Shown one piece after another: positions 1 through 9,800 of a stretch of 64,000 nt of DNA; position 1 is the stretch's first letter; every line of letters begins with the position of its first letter. The notes under the pieces are model-generated. The model had not been told where the DNA came from. It did no database searches and saw only the letters and a list, made by a program, of their open reading frames with translations. The stretch is taken from assembly GCA_965263035.1 (NCBI GenBank), contig OZ253580.1, positions 4,864,001 to 4,928,000 of the forward strand, written 5' to 3'. The translations under genes and the position numbers were made by a program. Origin of the DNA: Acidobacteriota bacterium (GTDB taxonomy: Bacteria; Acidobacteriota; UBA6911; RPQK01; JAJDTT01).

Positions 1-552
1 GGCCACGAAGCCCCGTCCCTCCGGCAGCGGCTTGAAGTACTTGTCGTTGTAACCGCTCCGGAAGAGGACCACGTCGCCGGGGCCCAGGGGCCGATGCTGT
101 TGTTCCCAGTCCAGCACGTGCTGCTTGCGGATCAGGGGACTGTGGCCGATTGGAGCATCGTCCAGCAGGGGGCGCACGTCGATGACGCAGGCCTCCCCCA
201 GGAATTGCCAGACCGGCACCCGTTCGGGCGTGATCTTGGCCGTCTCCCGGGGAACCGGACCGTGAGCGGGCGAATCGAACTGGGTGCCGGTGTTCTCGTC
301 GATGGTGATGATGTCGCTGTTGTAAGGGCCGCGCGGACCGATCCGGAGATAGTGGTTGATTTGAACGTAGGGAAAGATGTCCGGCCAGTTGACCGGATAG
401 TCGGGAGAGACCAGCAGGGTGAGGTCCAGGAACCGGGCGCTCTCTCCGGCTCCGGAAGCTTCTCCGGCCGGGGTCATGGAAGACAACGCCAGAGACAAAC
501 AAAGAAGAACCAGGGCGCTCCATCCAACTCGACTGGGAGATAGTGCTTTCAT
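1..552 (-). CDS. Cyclase family (kynurenine formamidase-like) metal-dependent hydrolase with signal peptide; 3' end runs off the window
   Basis: Not in the ORF track because it is open at the window edge. Manual translation from ATG 552 (ATGA overlap with the upstream stop): MKALSPSRVGWSALVLLCLSLAL...RFLDLTLLVSPDYP...DENTGTQFDSPAH...FLGEACVIDV...GDVVLFRSG, matching the cyclase HxGTHxDxPxH-like and GDxVLxRTG motifs. Confidence 0.8.
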   Translation of the reverse strand, partial: MKALSPSRVGWSALVLLCLSLALSSMTPAGEASGAGESARFLDLTLLVSPDYPVNWPDIFPYVQINHYLRIGPRGPYNSDIITIDENTGTQFDSPAHGPVPRETAKITPERVPVWQFLGEACVIDVRPLLDDAPIGHSPLIRKQHVLDWEQQHRPLGPGDVVLFRSGYNDKYFKPLPEGRGFVA

Positions 553-2243
553 TCGGCCTCCTCGATGCGGACGATCTGGTTTGCTTGAACGTTCATCAGA
601 ACCTGGCTCCCTCCACCGGGCCAGCGGATCTCGACCCGTTCGGCGGCGGCCGCCTCACCCAGGCCGAAATGCAGACGAAGGTCGTTCTGGGAGAGGAACC
701 CTCCGCCGCTCCGTACGCGGCCGGTCCGGGTCTTGGAGCCGGTCACGACCTTGATCCGCGTGCCGATGGCGGACCGGTTGCCGCGTCGGCCCGCGAGCCG
801 GAACTGGAGCCAGTTCCGCCGGTTTCCTCCGTCGTTGCGCAGGAGCGTGGGGGAGTCGTCGATGGCCAGCACCAGCAGATCCAGGTCCCCGTCGTTGTCG
901 TAGTCGCAGAAGGCGCCTCCCCGGCTGGACCGGACCGGCGCCTGGTCCAGTCCCACCTCATCGGTGACATCCTGAAATCCGAACTCGCCGTTCCCCCGAA
1001 ACAGAAGATCGGGTTGCCGGTAGGTTTCCAACGAAGGCTCCACCTGCGGGAAAATATGCCCATTGGCGACAAACAAGTCCAGGTTTCCGTCGTTGTCGAA
1101 GTCGAGGAAAAAGGTCGCCCATCCCAGGTAGGGCAGGGTGCGGGTGGCCAGTCCCACCGGCTGTGAGACCTCCTCGAACCCGCCTGCTCCCAGGTTTCGG
1201 AAGAAGGGGTAGTACTCTTCGGAGAAGGTCGTGGTGAACAGGTCGATCCGGCCGTCGCCGCCCACGTCCCCCGCGGCCACGCCCATGTCCGCCTGGGCCG
1301 TTCCCTGGGCGTTGTAGCCCACCCCCGCAAGCAGCGCCGTCTCCCGGAAGGTCCCGTCCCGCCGGTTCCGGTACAGGTAATTGGGGCCCGCGTCGTTGGT
1401 GACGAAGAGATCGGGGTAGCCATCGTTGTCGAAGTCCTCGAAGACCGGGGTGAATCCGTACAGGAGCTTCTCATCCTGCACCCCGGTCGCCCGAGTCACA
1501 TCGATGAAGGTGCCGTCGCCGTTGTTGCGGTAGAGGATGTCGGGCGCTCCCGTCAGCCCTTTGGGACCGCACATGACCGGGATACCCCGGTATCCGCAGA
1601 ACTCTCCTCCCAGTGGAGGGTCGTCGACGTCGAATTCCAGGTAGCGCGCCACGTACAGGTCCAGCCATCCGTCGCCGTCGTAGTCTCCGAACGCGGCTCC
1701 CGTGCTCCATTCCCATTTTCCGGCGACTCCCGCGGAGGCTCCCACTTCGGTAAAGGTTCCGTTGCCGTTGTTCCGGTACAGAAGATCGCGGCCGTAGTTG
1801 GTGACGAACAGGTCGATCCACCCGTCGTTGTCGTAGTCGGCCGCTGCCACGCCGTTGCCCAAGCCGGTCCCGGCGACTCCGGCATTGACGGTCACCTGGG
1901 AGAAGGTGCCGTCCCCACGGTTGCGGAACAGGAAATTGGGGGCGGAGGCGGCGTCCTCCCGGCCCGCCATGAGCGCGGCGCTGGAGATGCCGTTGACGAT
2001 GTAGAGATCGGTCCATCCGTCGTTGTCGTAGTCGATCCAGGCGCAACCGCTACCGTTCCCTTCGATGATGAATTTCTTCTGCGGCGTTCCGCAGGTGGTG
2101 ACCAGGTTCAAACCGGCCTCTCGGGTGACGTCTCTCAGGATTGGCAGGGGCTGGGCCAACAAAAGGAGGGATGGAGCCAGGGTGGTCATCAGGCCCAGGA
2201 GCGTTGCCTGGAGAGCCGGAGCGAGGGCCTGTCGAATCCACAT
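549..2243 (-). CDS. CRTAC1 family protein (FG-GAP/VCBS repeats + C-terminal ASPIC/UnbV domain)
   Basis: Repeated DYDNDGWxDL motifs and C-terminal GGGFLSQNDLRLHFGLG...IRWPGG. Start uncertain (2312 TTG, 2243 or 2189 ATG). Confidence 0.9.
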   Translation of the reverse strand: MWIRQALAPALQATLLGLMTTLAPSLLLLAQPLPILRDVTREAGLNLVTTCGTPQKKFIIEGNGSGCAWIDYDNDGWTDLYIVNGISSAALMAGREDAASAPNFLFRNRGDGTFSQVTVNAGVAGTGLGNGVAAADYDNDGWIDLFVTNYGRDLLYRNNGNGTFTEVGASAGVAGKWEWSTGAAFGDYDGDGWLDLYVARYLEFDVDDPPLGGEFCGYRGIPVMCGPKGLTGAPDILYRNNGDGTFIDVTRATGVQDEKLLYGFTPVFEDFDNDGYPDLFVTNDAGPNYLYRNRRDGTFRETALLAGVGYNAQGTAQADMGVAAGDVGGDGRIDLFTTTFSEEYYPFFRNLGAGGFEEVSQPVGLATRTLPYLGWATFFLDFDNDGNLDLFVANGHIFPQVEPSLETYRQPDLLFRGNGEFGFQDVTDEVGLDQAPVRSSRGGAFCDYDNDGDLDLLVLAIDDSPTLLRNDGGNRRNWLQFRLAGRRGNRSAIGTRIKVVTGSKTRTGRVRSGGGFLSQNDLRLHFGLGEAAAAERVEIRWPGGGSQVLMNVQANQIVRIEEAE

Positions 2244-2392
2244 CCCGGGACCTAACCTAGCACATGCGCGAAGCAGGAAAAGGTCACCAGGCGACACGGC
2301 GAGGAAGTCCAATTTTTACCGAACGAACAGATCACGTGTCAAAAAAAACCGAATGATCTATCGCAATAAAGACACCAAGTCCAGGCAATCTT

Positions 2393-2422
2393 TTGACTTT
2401 TTCTGACAACCTCGTCTATATT
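2393..2422 (+). promoter_or_regulatory. Putative sigma70 promoter of TonB receptor 1
   Basis: TTGACT-N18-TATATT in AT-rich intergenic DNA, upstream of AAGGAG RBS and ATG 2488. Confidence 0.35.
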
Positions 2423-2487
2423 CCAGTGCAGTAGGTGGAAGTCGACTTCCACGCTCGCCAGGGCCGTTCGCCAAGAAGGAGACGACG

Positions 2488-5400
2488 ATGCACACTTCCC
2501 TCTTTTCCATCAAGAGTGCCCTTCCATTGTTTGTTTTGATGGTTTCCCTCCCGGTATTGGCCCAGGAGCATGTGGGAACCGTTACCGGGACCGTGCGAGA
2601 CGAAGGCGGAGGCGTTCTCCCCGGCGTGGAAGTGACCCTCACCAACCTGGGCACGGGCGCGCAACGGGACGTCGTGACGAACGACGTGGGGCTTTACGGG
2701 TTCAACTCCGTGCCCATCGGCGAATATGCGCTGCAGGCCTCCTTGACCGGCTTCCGGACGCTTGAACAGACCGGGATCCGCGTCGTTTCGGGTGAGATTG
2801 TCACTCTCGACGTTGGGTTGACAGTGGGCCAAGTGACGGAAACCGTGGAGGTGGCGGCTACACTCCCCACCATTGAGAAGCAAAGCAATAAGGCAGGCTA
2901 TGCCAGGGTGAACGAGGAAATTGCCCGTCTGCCTCTGGTCGTCTCGTTCAACAACCGCCAGGCCCTGTCCTTCCTGCGGACCATGCCCGGTGTGTCTTAC
3001 GACCCCTTTAGGTATTTCGACAACGAGAACGTTGCCATGTCCAGGTCCTTCGTCCAGGGAACTCCAACTGCTTCTCCCAGCTACAACATTGACGGGGTGA
3101 GGGCGAGCGGTTCGACTCACGAGAACGCACGCGATGACACGGCGCCGATTCCAGAGATGGTTCAGGAATTCCGACTCGACACCAACACCCAGGCCGAGCA
3201 TGGCTGGGACAGCGGTGTGGCCATCAACCTGGTCTTCAAATCAGGCACCAACGACTTTCACGGCACTGGCTTCTGGTACAACCGAAACGACGTGTTCGAC
3301 GCTCGACCCTGGTTTGCGGCGAGGAGAGCCGTCACCCGGCAGAATGACTTCGGCTTCGTGCTGGGCGGTCCCATCTGGAAAAACCGCACGTTTTTCTTTG
3401 GGGGGATCGATATCTACAAATTGCGGACAGCCCCCTCCGGGACGACTGTCACCGTCCCCACCACTGCCATGCGCAGTGGCGACTTCAGTGAGATATTGGG
3501 CGATCAAATCGGGACCGATGCCCTGGGTCGGCCGGTTTTTCAGGGCCAGATTTTCGATCCGGCCAGCACTCGACCGGATGGACAAGGCGGGTTCATCCGC
3601 AATCCCTTTCCGGGAAACGTCATTCCTTCCGACCGCTCAAGCTCGATCACACAGGCCCTGCTTTCGCACATTGGTGCGCCCAACCGCCCGGGCGTCAGCA
3701 ATAACTGGGTCGGAACCCAGACTCTACGCCCGGACGACAAAGAGTCCTATTACCTCAAGATCGATCATCAGATCGATGAAGCGGGATCCCACAAGTTTAC
3801 GTTTGGCACGGAGCAGAATGTCAGGCTGAACAGGTCCACTTATCCGCAGGTCTTTGACGAGGCGGTCTCCAGCCTTCACATAAACGAGTCGGCTCAATAC
3901 CGCTATCGCTTCAATTATTACTGGACCATCCGGCCCAACGTGATCTTGAACCTTCGCACCGGTGTGACCCGGACGCCGCGAATTATCGGTACTCAGGGTC
4001 TGGACAACGACCGTTTTGGTGAAGAGATCGGAATTACCGGAGTCAGCAACCCCAATGCACCAAGAGTGAACATCGAGGGAATGACCGGGTATGGCCCGAT
4101 TTTCCGGAAGCTCAATGACCCCAGCCAGACCGTGCCCGCCCACTTCGACATGACCTGGGTCAGAGGCTCGCACAATTTCAAATTTGGCGGCTCCTATTTA
4201 CTGTCGGTCTCCAAAGGGGATTCGTCGATTTATGGTCAGGGAAATTTCAGCTTTCAGGATCGCACGACCGGTCTGCCCGGCTTCCCTGCAACCGGATGGG
4301 GCTTTGCCAGCCAGTTCCTGGGCGAGGTGGACGGTGGCACCGTCAATAGCCCAACAGCCTTCAAACGCGATGGCGGAGCCTGGGGTTTCTACTTTCAGGA
4401 CTCTTGGCGCGCCAGCCCCAAGTTGACGGTGAATTACGGCATCCGCAACGACATCTTCATAACCGCGGGAGAGAGCTACGACCGCATCGGGGCCTTCAAC
4501 CCGACCGTCCCCAACTCCGGTGCCGGTGGTCTTCCGGGGGCCCTGTGGTTCTGGGGTGAGGGCCCAGGCCGGAACGGGTTCAAACGAGTGGCCCCGACCC
4601 TCTGGAGCAACTGGGGGCCTCGTCTGGGGCTGGCTTACTCGCCTGACGAAAAGACCGTCTTGAAGGCCAGTGCCGCCTACATGTACTTTCCACACTTCGG
4701 CGCCATGACCAGCGGATTCAATACGCCCGCTATCGGCTGGATTCTCAATGTGACCGCTGCGAGTCTGGACGCCGGTGTGACCCCCGCCTTCAACTGGGAT
4801 GACGGATTTCCGGACATCCTTCCCAACCTGCCCGACCTCGACCCTTCCTTTGCCAACGGCCAGTCGGTAGTGGCCCTGAACCGGGACACCATGAAGGCGG
4901 GCAGGACGCTGACCGTCAACTTTGGTGTGGAAAGAGACCTGGGCTGGGGTACTGCTTTTCGAGCCAACTACCACGGCAAGTTCAGCCACAGTCTCCCCAG
5001 TAACGATGCCGTTCGATTGAACCAGCTTGACCCCAGGCATCTGGCGTTGGGCACCCTGCTCTTTGCCGACATCAATTCCCCGGCAGCCGCGGCGGCAGGG
5101 ATCACTGCTCCCTATGAGGGATTTACAGGACCTGTGAATCAGGCGCTCAGACCGTTTCCTCACATGCTGAACATCAACGAACGCGCCGCCCCCGTTACCG
5201 ACCTGACCTACCATGGTGTGGTGTTGTCCATGCAGAAGCGCTACGGGCACGGGTTGAGCTTCATGCTCAACTACACCATCTCCAAAGCGCTGGGCAACGC
5301 CAGGTGGGCCAACCAGGGGCATTCGCTCGCCAGCCACATCCAGCATACTTCGCAACGGCACCTTCGGTATTTGTACGACCAGGATCGGCCCCAGAATGTT

Positions 5401-5958
5401 GCCTTGAGCTGGATGTGGGAATTGCCTTTTGGACCGGGAAAGCGCTGGGGCGCAGACACGAGTTCGGTAGTGAAGAAGCTGATCGGTGGCTGGAACATTG
5501 GGATGCAGCAGGCCTATTTCTCCGCACAGCCCCTCCATATGAGCAGCCGCGTCCGCTACCCGGGCGGCTTTAACGCCATCTGGCCGGACCGGGTCGAGGG
5601 GGTATCGGTTCGGACCGGTGTTGACTGTGGAGATTACGACCCCAACGACCCATCCCGGAACCGATACATCAACATCAACGCCTTTGCCAATCCTGCGCCC
5701 TTTACCTTGGGGAATACCAGGACGTTGCCTACGACACGAGCCTGCGGCTATTTCAACGAGAACGCCACCATCCAGAAAGATACTTATGTCAACGAGGACA
5801 TCTACGTTCGCTTAGGGGCCGATTTCTTCAATCTGTTCAACCGTCATATCTGGGGCAACCCGAATACCGACATCGGCAACAAGGCGGCCTTTGGCACCAT
5901 CCGTTCTGTCTCCTTTCCTCCCAGGATCATCCAACTGAGTCTCTCGATTCACTTCTGA
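2488..5958 (+). CDS. TonB-dependent receptor (carboxypeptidase-regulatory-like N-domain, Oar-like beta-barrel), copy 1
   Basis: Signal peptide; GTVTGTVRDxxGGVLPG; KSGTNDFHG; FQDSWRASPKLTVNYGIR; C-terminal PRIIQLSLSIHF ending in Phe. Confidence 0.92.
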   Translation: MHTSLFSIKSALPLFVLMVSLPVLAQEHVGTVTGTVRDEGGGVLPGVEVTLTNLGTGAQRDVVTNDVGLYGFNSVPIGEYALQASLTGFRTLEQTGIRVVSGEIVTLDVGLTVGQVTETVEVAATLPTIEKQSNKAGYARVNEEIARLPLVVSFNNRQALSFLRTMPGVSYDPFRYFDNENVAMSRSFVQGTPTASPSYNIDGVRASGSTHENARDDTAPIPEMVQEFRLDTNTQAEHGWDSGVAINLVFKSGTNDFHGTGFWYNRNDVFDARPWFAARRAVTRQNDFGFVLGGPIWKNRTFFFGGIDIYKLRTAPSGTTVTVPTTAMRSGDFSEILGDQIGTDALGRPVFQGQIFDPASTRPDGQGGFIRNPFPGNVIPSDRSSSITQALLSHIGAPNRPGVSNNWVGTQTLRPDDKESYYLKIDHQIDEAGSHKFTFGTEQNVRLNRSTYPQVFDEAVSSLHINESAQYRYRFNYYWTIRPNVILNLRTGVTRTPRIIGTQGLDNDRFGEEIGITGVSNPNAPRVNIEGMTGYGPIFRKLNDPSQTVPAHFDMTWVRGSHNFKFGGSYLLSVSKGDSSIYGQGNFSFQDRTTGLPGFPATGWGFASQFLGEVDGGTVNSPTAFKRDGGAWGFYFQDSWRASPKLTVNYGIRNDIFITAGESYDRIGAFNPTVPNSGAGGLPGALWFWGEGPGRNGFKRVAPTLWSNWGPRLGLAYSPDEKTVLKASAAYMYFPHFGAMTSGFNTPAIGWILNVTAASLDAGVTPAFNWDDGFPDILPNLPDLDPSFANGQSVVALNRDTMKAGRTLTVNFGVERDLGWGTAFRANYHGKFSHSLPSNDAVRLNQLDPRHLALGTLLFADINSPAAAAAGITAPYEGFTGPVNQALRPFPHMLNINERAAPVTDLTYHGVVLSMQKRYGHGLSFMLNYTISKALGNARWANQGHSLASHIQHTSQRHLRYLYDQDRPQNVALSWMWELPFGPGKRWGADTSSVVKKLIGGWNIGMQQAYFSAQPLHMSSRVRYPGGFNAIWPDRVEGVSVRTGVDCGDYDPNDPSRNRYININAFANPAPFTLGNTRTLPTTRACGYFNENATIQKDTYVNEDIYVRLGADFFNLFNRHIWGNPNTDIGNKAAFGTIRSVSFPPRIIQLSLSIHF

Positions 5959-5990
5959 TTGGCGGAAATAGTAGAGGCGATTAGATCCCG

Positions 5991-6027
5991 GAGGGGGCCG
6001 GCAAATGCCGGTCCCCTCGTTTTTTTT
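5991..6027 (+). terminator. Rho-independent terminator
   Basis: GAGGGGGCCGGCA / TGCCGGTCCCCTC stem followed by a T8 run, ~30 bp after the receptor stop. Confidence 0.85.
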
Positions 6028-6071
6028 GCGCCAGTAAGAACTTGACCGTCAGCAGGACTACAATCCCTGGA

Positions 6072-6145
6072 GCAAAGTCCGGCCAGAATCGAGCAGAGGA
6101 TGAAGTTCGTCAACTTGACCCTGGCGACGGGAACACCCATGGCCG
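6072..6145 (-). pseudogene. Short fragment resembling a sugar ABC transporter permease (RbsC-like)
   Basis: MGVPVARVKLTNFILCSILAGL resembles the conserved G(I/V)xVxRVKxxxFxxxxxLAG segment; the flanks are not permease-like. Confidence 0.35.
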
Positions 6146-6193
6146 GTCCCACTTTCCCTCCCCGGTGACCGGCTGCACGTTTACTGGGGACAA

Positions 6194-6624
6194 CAGATGG
6201 TGACCAAGTTCAAACCGGCCTGCCGGGTGACGTCTCGCAGGATGGGCAGGGGCCGGGCCAGCAAAAAGAAGGATGGCGCCATGGTGGCAATCAGGCCCGG
6301 GAGCGTCGCCTGGAGAGCCGTAGCGAGGCTCTTTCGTAGTCCGCATCCCGCGACCTAACCCGCAAATCTCATCAGGCCGCTATGCTTATGCTGAAAAAGA
6401 ATTTGTTTTTCAGCATTTACTCGGATATTGGCAAGGTCTCTCGGGAACAGACTGCGCTGGGCGCGCCCTCGCTGGTCTTTTCGCCCTCAGCGCGCACATG
6501 CTCCCTCAAACGTAGTCACCACTACGCTCTCGGTCGCGAGCACGCGCTGAGGGCGAAAATCCTGCGCGATCATCGCGCCCCCTGATGAGAATTGCGGGCT
6601 GACCTAGCACCTGCGCGAAGCAGG
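6194..6624 (-). pseudogene. Degenerate copy of the 5' end and upstream region of the CRTAC1 gene (paralog of 2092-2277), interrupted by a MITE
   Basis: Colinear nucleotide similarity: TGGTGACCAxGTTCAAACCGGCCT...GGTGACGTCTC...GCCTGGAGAGCCG...GACCTA|ACCTAGCACxTGCGCGAAGCAGG in both places. Confidence 0.85.
6358..6599. mobile_element. 242-bp MITE-like non-autonomous element
   Basis: 19-bp terminal inverted repeats ACCCGCAAATCTCATCAGG / CCTGATGAGAATTGCGGGC (17/19 match). Flanked by TA and TG, and absent from the paralogous site at 2249-2263. Internal hairpins at 6388-6416 and 6478-6559. Confidence 0.8.
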
Positions 6625-6724
6625 TAACGTCGTCGGGGTTTACGGCTGGTGGGGTTGACCCGACCCGCACCAGGATCTCTCGGAGTTGTCATCTTCTTCG
6701 GTTAAGATTTCTTCCGAAGCAATC

Positions 6725-6754
6725 TTGTAATCGGAAGGGCAGATGGGTTATAAC
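6725..6754 (+). promoter_or_regulatory. Putative sigma70 promoter of TonB receptor 2
   Basis: TTGTAA-N18-TATAAC. The GCAATCTT running into the -35 is also present upstream of receptor 1. Confidence 0.3.
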
Positions 6755-6875
6755 CTGCGGCTATTCTGGCTACGCGGCGAGTTTTAGAGGGGCGAGTTTT
6801 AGAGGTTTGCAGTGTCTTTGCGCATCCACCGTGTCATCCCATCAGTCAGTTCAATTCAACATCCGAGGAGCAGCA

Positions 6876-9800
6876 ATGAGTAGAGTACTTAGTTTGAGCC
6901 TTGTTCTGGCACTCTCCTGTCTTCCCCTGCTGGCACAGGAGAATGTAGGAACCGTGACCGGTGCGGTCCGGGACGAGAGCGGCGGCGTGGTTCCGGGAGC
7001 GGAAATCTCCATCACCAACGTCGGCACCGGCATCGTGACCGACACCATCACCAGCGACGCCGGGATTTACGCCTTCAATTCGGTCGCCATCGGAGAATAC
7101 CGGCTCACGGCCACCATGCCCGGCTTCAGAACCCTGGAGCAGAGCGGGCTCCGCGTGGTGTCCGGCGAGGTCCTGACCATCGACGTCACGTTGTCGGTCG
7201 GCGACGTGGCCGAGACCGTGGAGGTGATGGCGACGCTTCCCACCATCGAGAAGCAGTCGAACAAGGCCGGATACGCCCGGGTCAACGAGGAGATCGCCCG
7301 TCTGCCCATTGCGGTCTCCAACAACAACCGCCAGGCGCTTTCGTTCCTGCGCACCATGCCGGGGGTGAACTACAATCCCAATGACAGCAACGAAAACAAC
7401 GCCATGAGCACCGCCTTCATTCATGGCACGCCCAATGCTTCTCCCAGCTACACCATCGACGGCGTGCGGGCGGGCAGCTCCACCCACCAGAATTCCCGGG
7501 ACGACACGGCGCCGATTCCCGAGATGGTGCAGGAGTTCCGGCTCGACACCAACACGAATGCGGAGCATGGCTGGGACAGCGGCGTGGCGATCACCCTGAT
7601 CTTCAAGTCGGGCACCAACGAATTTCACGGCGACGCCTTCTGGTACTTCCGAAACAACATTCTCGACGCCCGGCCCTGGCTGGCCCCGAGCAAGAGCGTC
7701 AACCGGCAGAACGACTACGGGTTCGTCCTGGGAGGTCCCATCTGGAAGAACCGCACGTTCTTCTTCGGCGGGTTTGACGGCTACAAGTTGCGGACTGCTC
7801 CGGGAGACTCGGTGCAGACCGTTCCCACCGCAGCCATGCGCAACGGTGACTTCAGCGAGATTCTGGGTGCCGAGATCGGGACCGACGCTCTGGGCCGGCC
7901 GATCCACCAGGGCGCCATCTATGACCCCATGAGCACTCGTTCGGACGGTCAGGGCGGGTTCATTCGAGACCCGTTCCCCAACAACATGATTCCTGCGGAT
8001 CGTTTCAGCACCGTCACCAAGAACCTGATTTCGCGGTTCGGGCTGCCCAATCGGCCGGGTGTGACCAACAACTGGATCGGCGGCCTGACCTCCACCCCGG
8101 TCGACAAGACCTCCTACTACCTGAAGGTCGATCATCAGCTTGACGAGGCGGGCGACCACCGGCTCACGGTCGGATGGGAACAGTCGTGGAAGGCATCCCG
8201 GTCCAACTACCCCTCGGTCCAGGACGAGTCGATCTCCAGTCTTCACAGGAACGACGAGGTCCAGTACCGCTACCGTTTCAACTACCACTACACGATCCGG
8301 CCCAACGTCCTCTTCAACCTCCGGACCGGCGTCACCCGGACGCCTCGGGTCATCGGCACCCAGGGTCTCGCCAACGACAATACCGGTGCGGAAGTCGGCA
8401 TCAAGGGAGTGCCGGGGCCCATCGCCCCCCAGGTCGGCGTTCAGGGCCAGAGTGCCTACGGACCCATCTTCCAGAAACTCATCGACCCCAGCCAGACCAT
8501 TCCGGCCAACATGGACGTGACCTGGGTCAAGGGGTCCCACAACTTCAAAGTGGGCGCTGCCTATCTACTTTCCGTCTCCAAGCAGAACCTGGCCCTCTTC
8601 GATCAGGGATCGTTCAGTTTCTCGGCCCTGGAGACCGGATTGCCAGGCAACGCGAACACCGGGTTCGGTTTCGCCAGCCAGTTGTTGGGCGAAGTGGACT
8701 CGGCGTTTGTCTGGAGCCAACGTGACTTCCGTCACAACGGCGGGGCTTGGGGCATTTATTTCCAAGACTCGTGGCGCGCCACCAGCAAGTTGACCATCAA
8801 CTACGGTCTCCGGAACGACGTTTTCGTTCCTTTGGGCGAGACCTATGACCGGATCGGAGCCTTCAATCCCACCATTCCCAACCCGGGAGCGGGGGGACTT
8901 CCCGGATCCCTCTGGTTCTGGGGCGACGGCCCGGGACGCAACGGGTTCAAGCGGGTGGCGGACACGCTCTGGAGCCAATGGGGACCCCGTTTGGGATTCG
9001 CCTATTCTCCGGATGACAACACCGTCATCCGGGCCAGCGGCGCCTACATGTACTTTCCGCTCTTCGGCGCCATGACCAGCGGGTTCAATACCCCCTTCCT
9101 GGGTTGGACTCTGGACCCGTCCGTCAGGAGCCTGGACGGCGGTCTGACCCCGGCTTTCAACTGGGACAACGGTTACCCGGACCCCATCCCGGATCTACCC
9201 GTCCTGGAACCGGACTTTGCCAACGACCAGGCGGTGCAGTATCTCAACCGGGACGACTTCAAGGCGGGCCGCACCTTGACGCTCAACTTCGGGCTGGAGC
9301 GGGATCTGGGTTGGGGGCTGGCCATGCGGGCCAACTACCACGGCAAGTTCTCGCACAATCTGCCCAGCCACGAGGCGGTACGGATGAACCAGCTCAGTGT
9401 CGCCAACTTGAGCTTGGGAAACACTCTGTTGGCGCCGGTCGGTTCAGACCAGGCCATGGCCGCCGGGATTGCCGCTCCGTATCCGGGATTCGGGGGACCT
9501 GTCGCCCAGGCGCTCCGACCGTTCCCGCACTTTTTGGACATCCAGCAACGGGCCGCCCCCGTGAGCGATCTGAACTACCACGCCCTGGTCCTGTCGTTGC
9601 AAAAGCGGTATGGACACGGTTTGAGCTTCATGCTCAACCACACGATCTCCAAGGCCCTCGGCAACGTCGGTTTCTCCCAGCAGGGGCATGGCTTCGCACC
9701 GATCCAGCATACCTCGCAGCGGCATCTCCGATATCACTACCAGCACGATCGGCCCCAGAACCTCTCTCTGAGTTGGCTGTATGAACTGCCGTTCGGTCCG

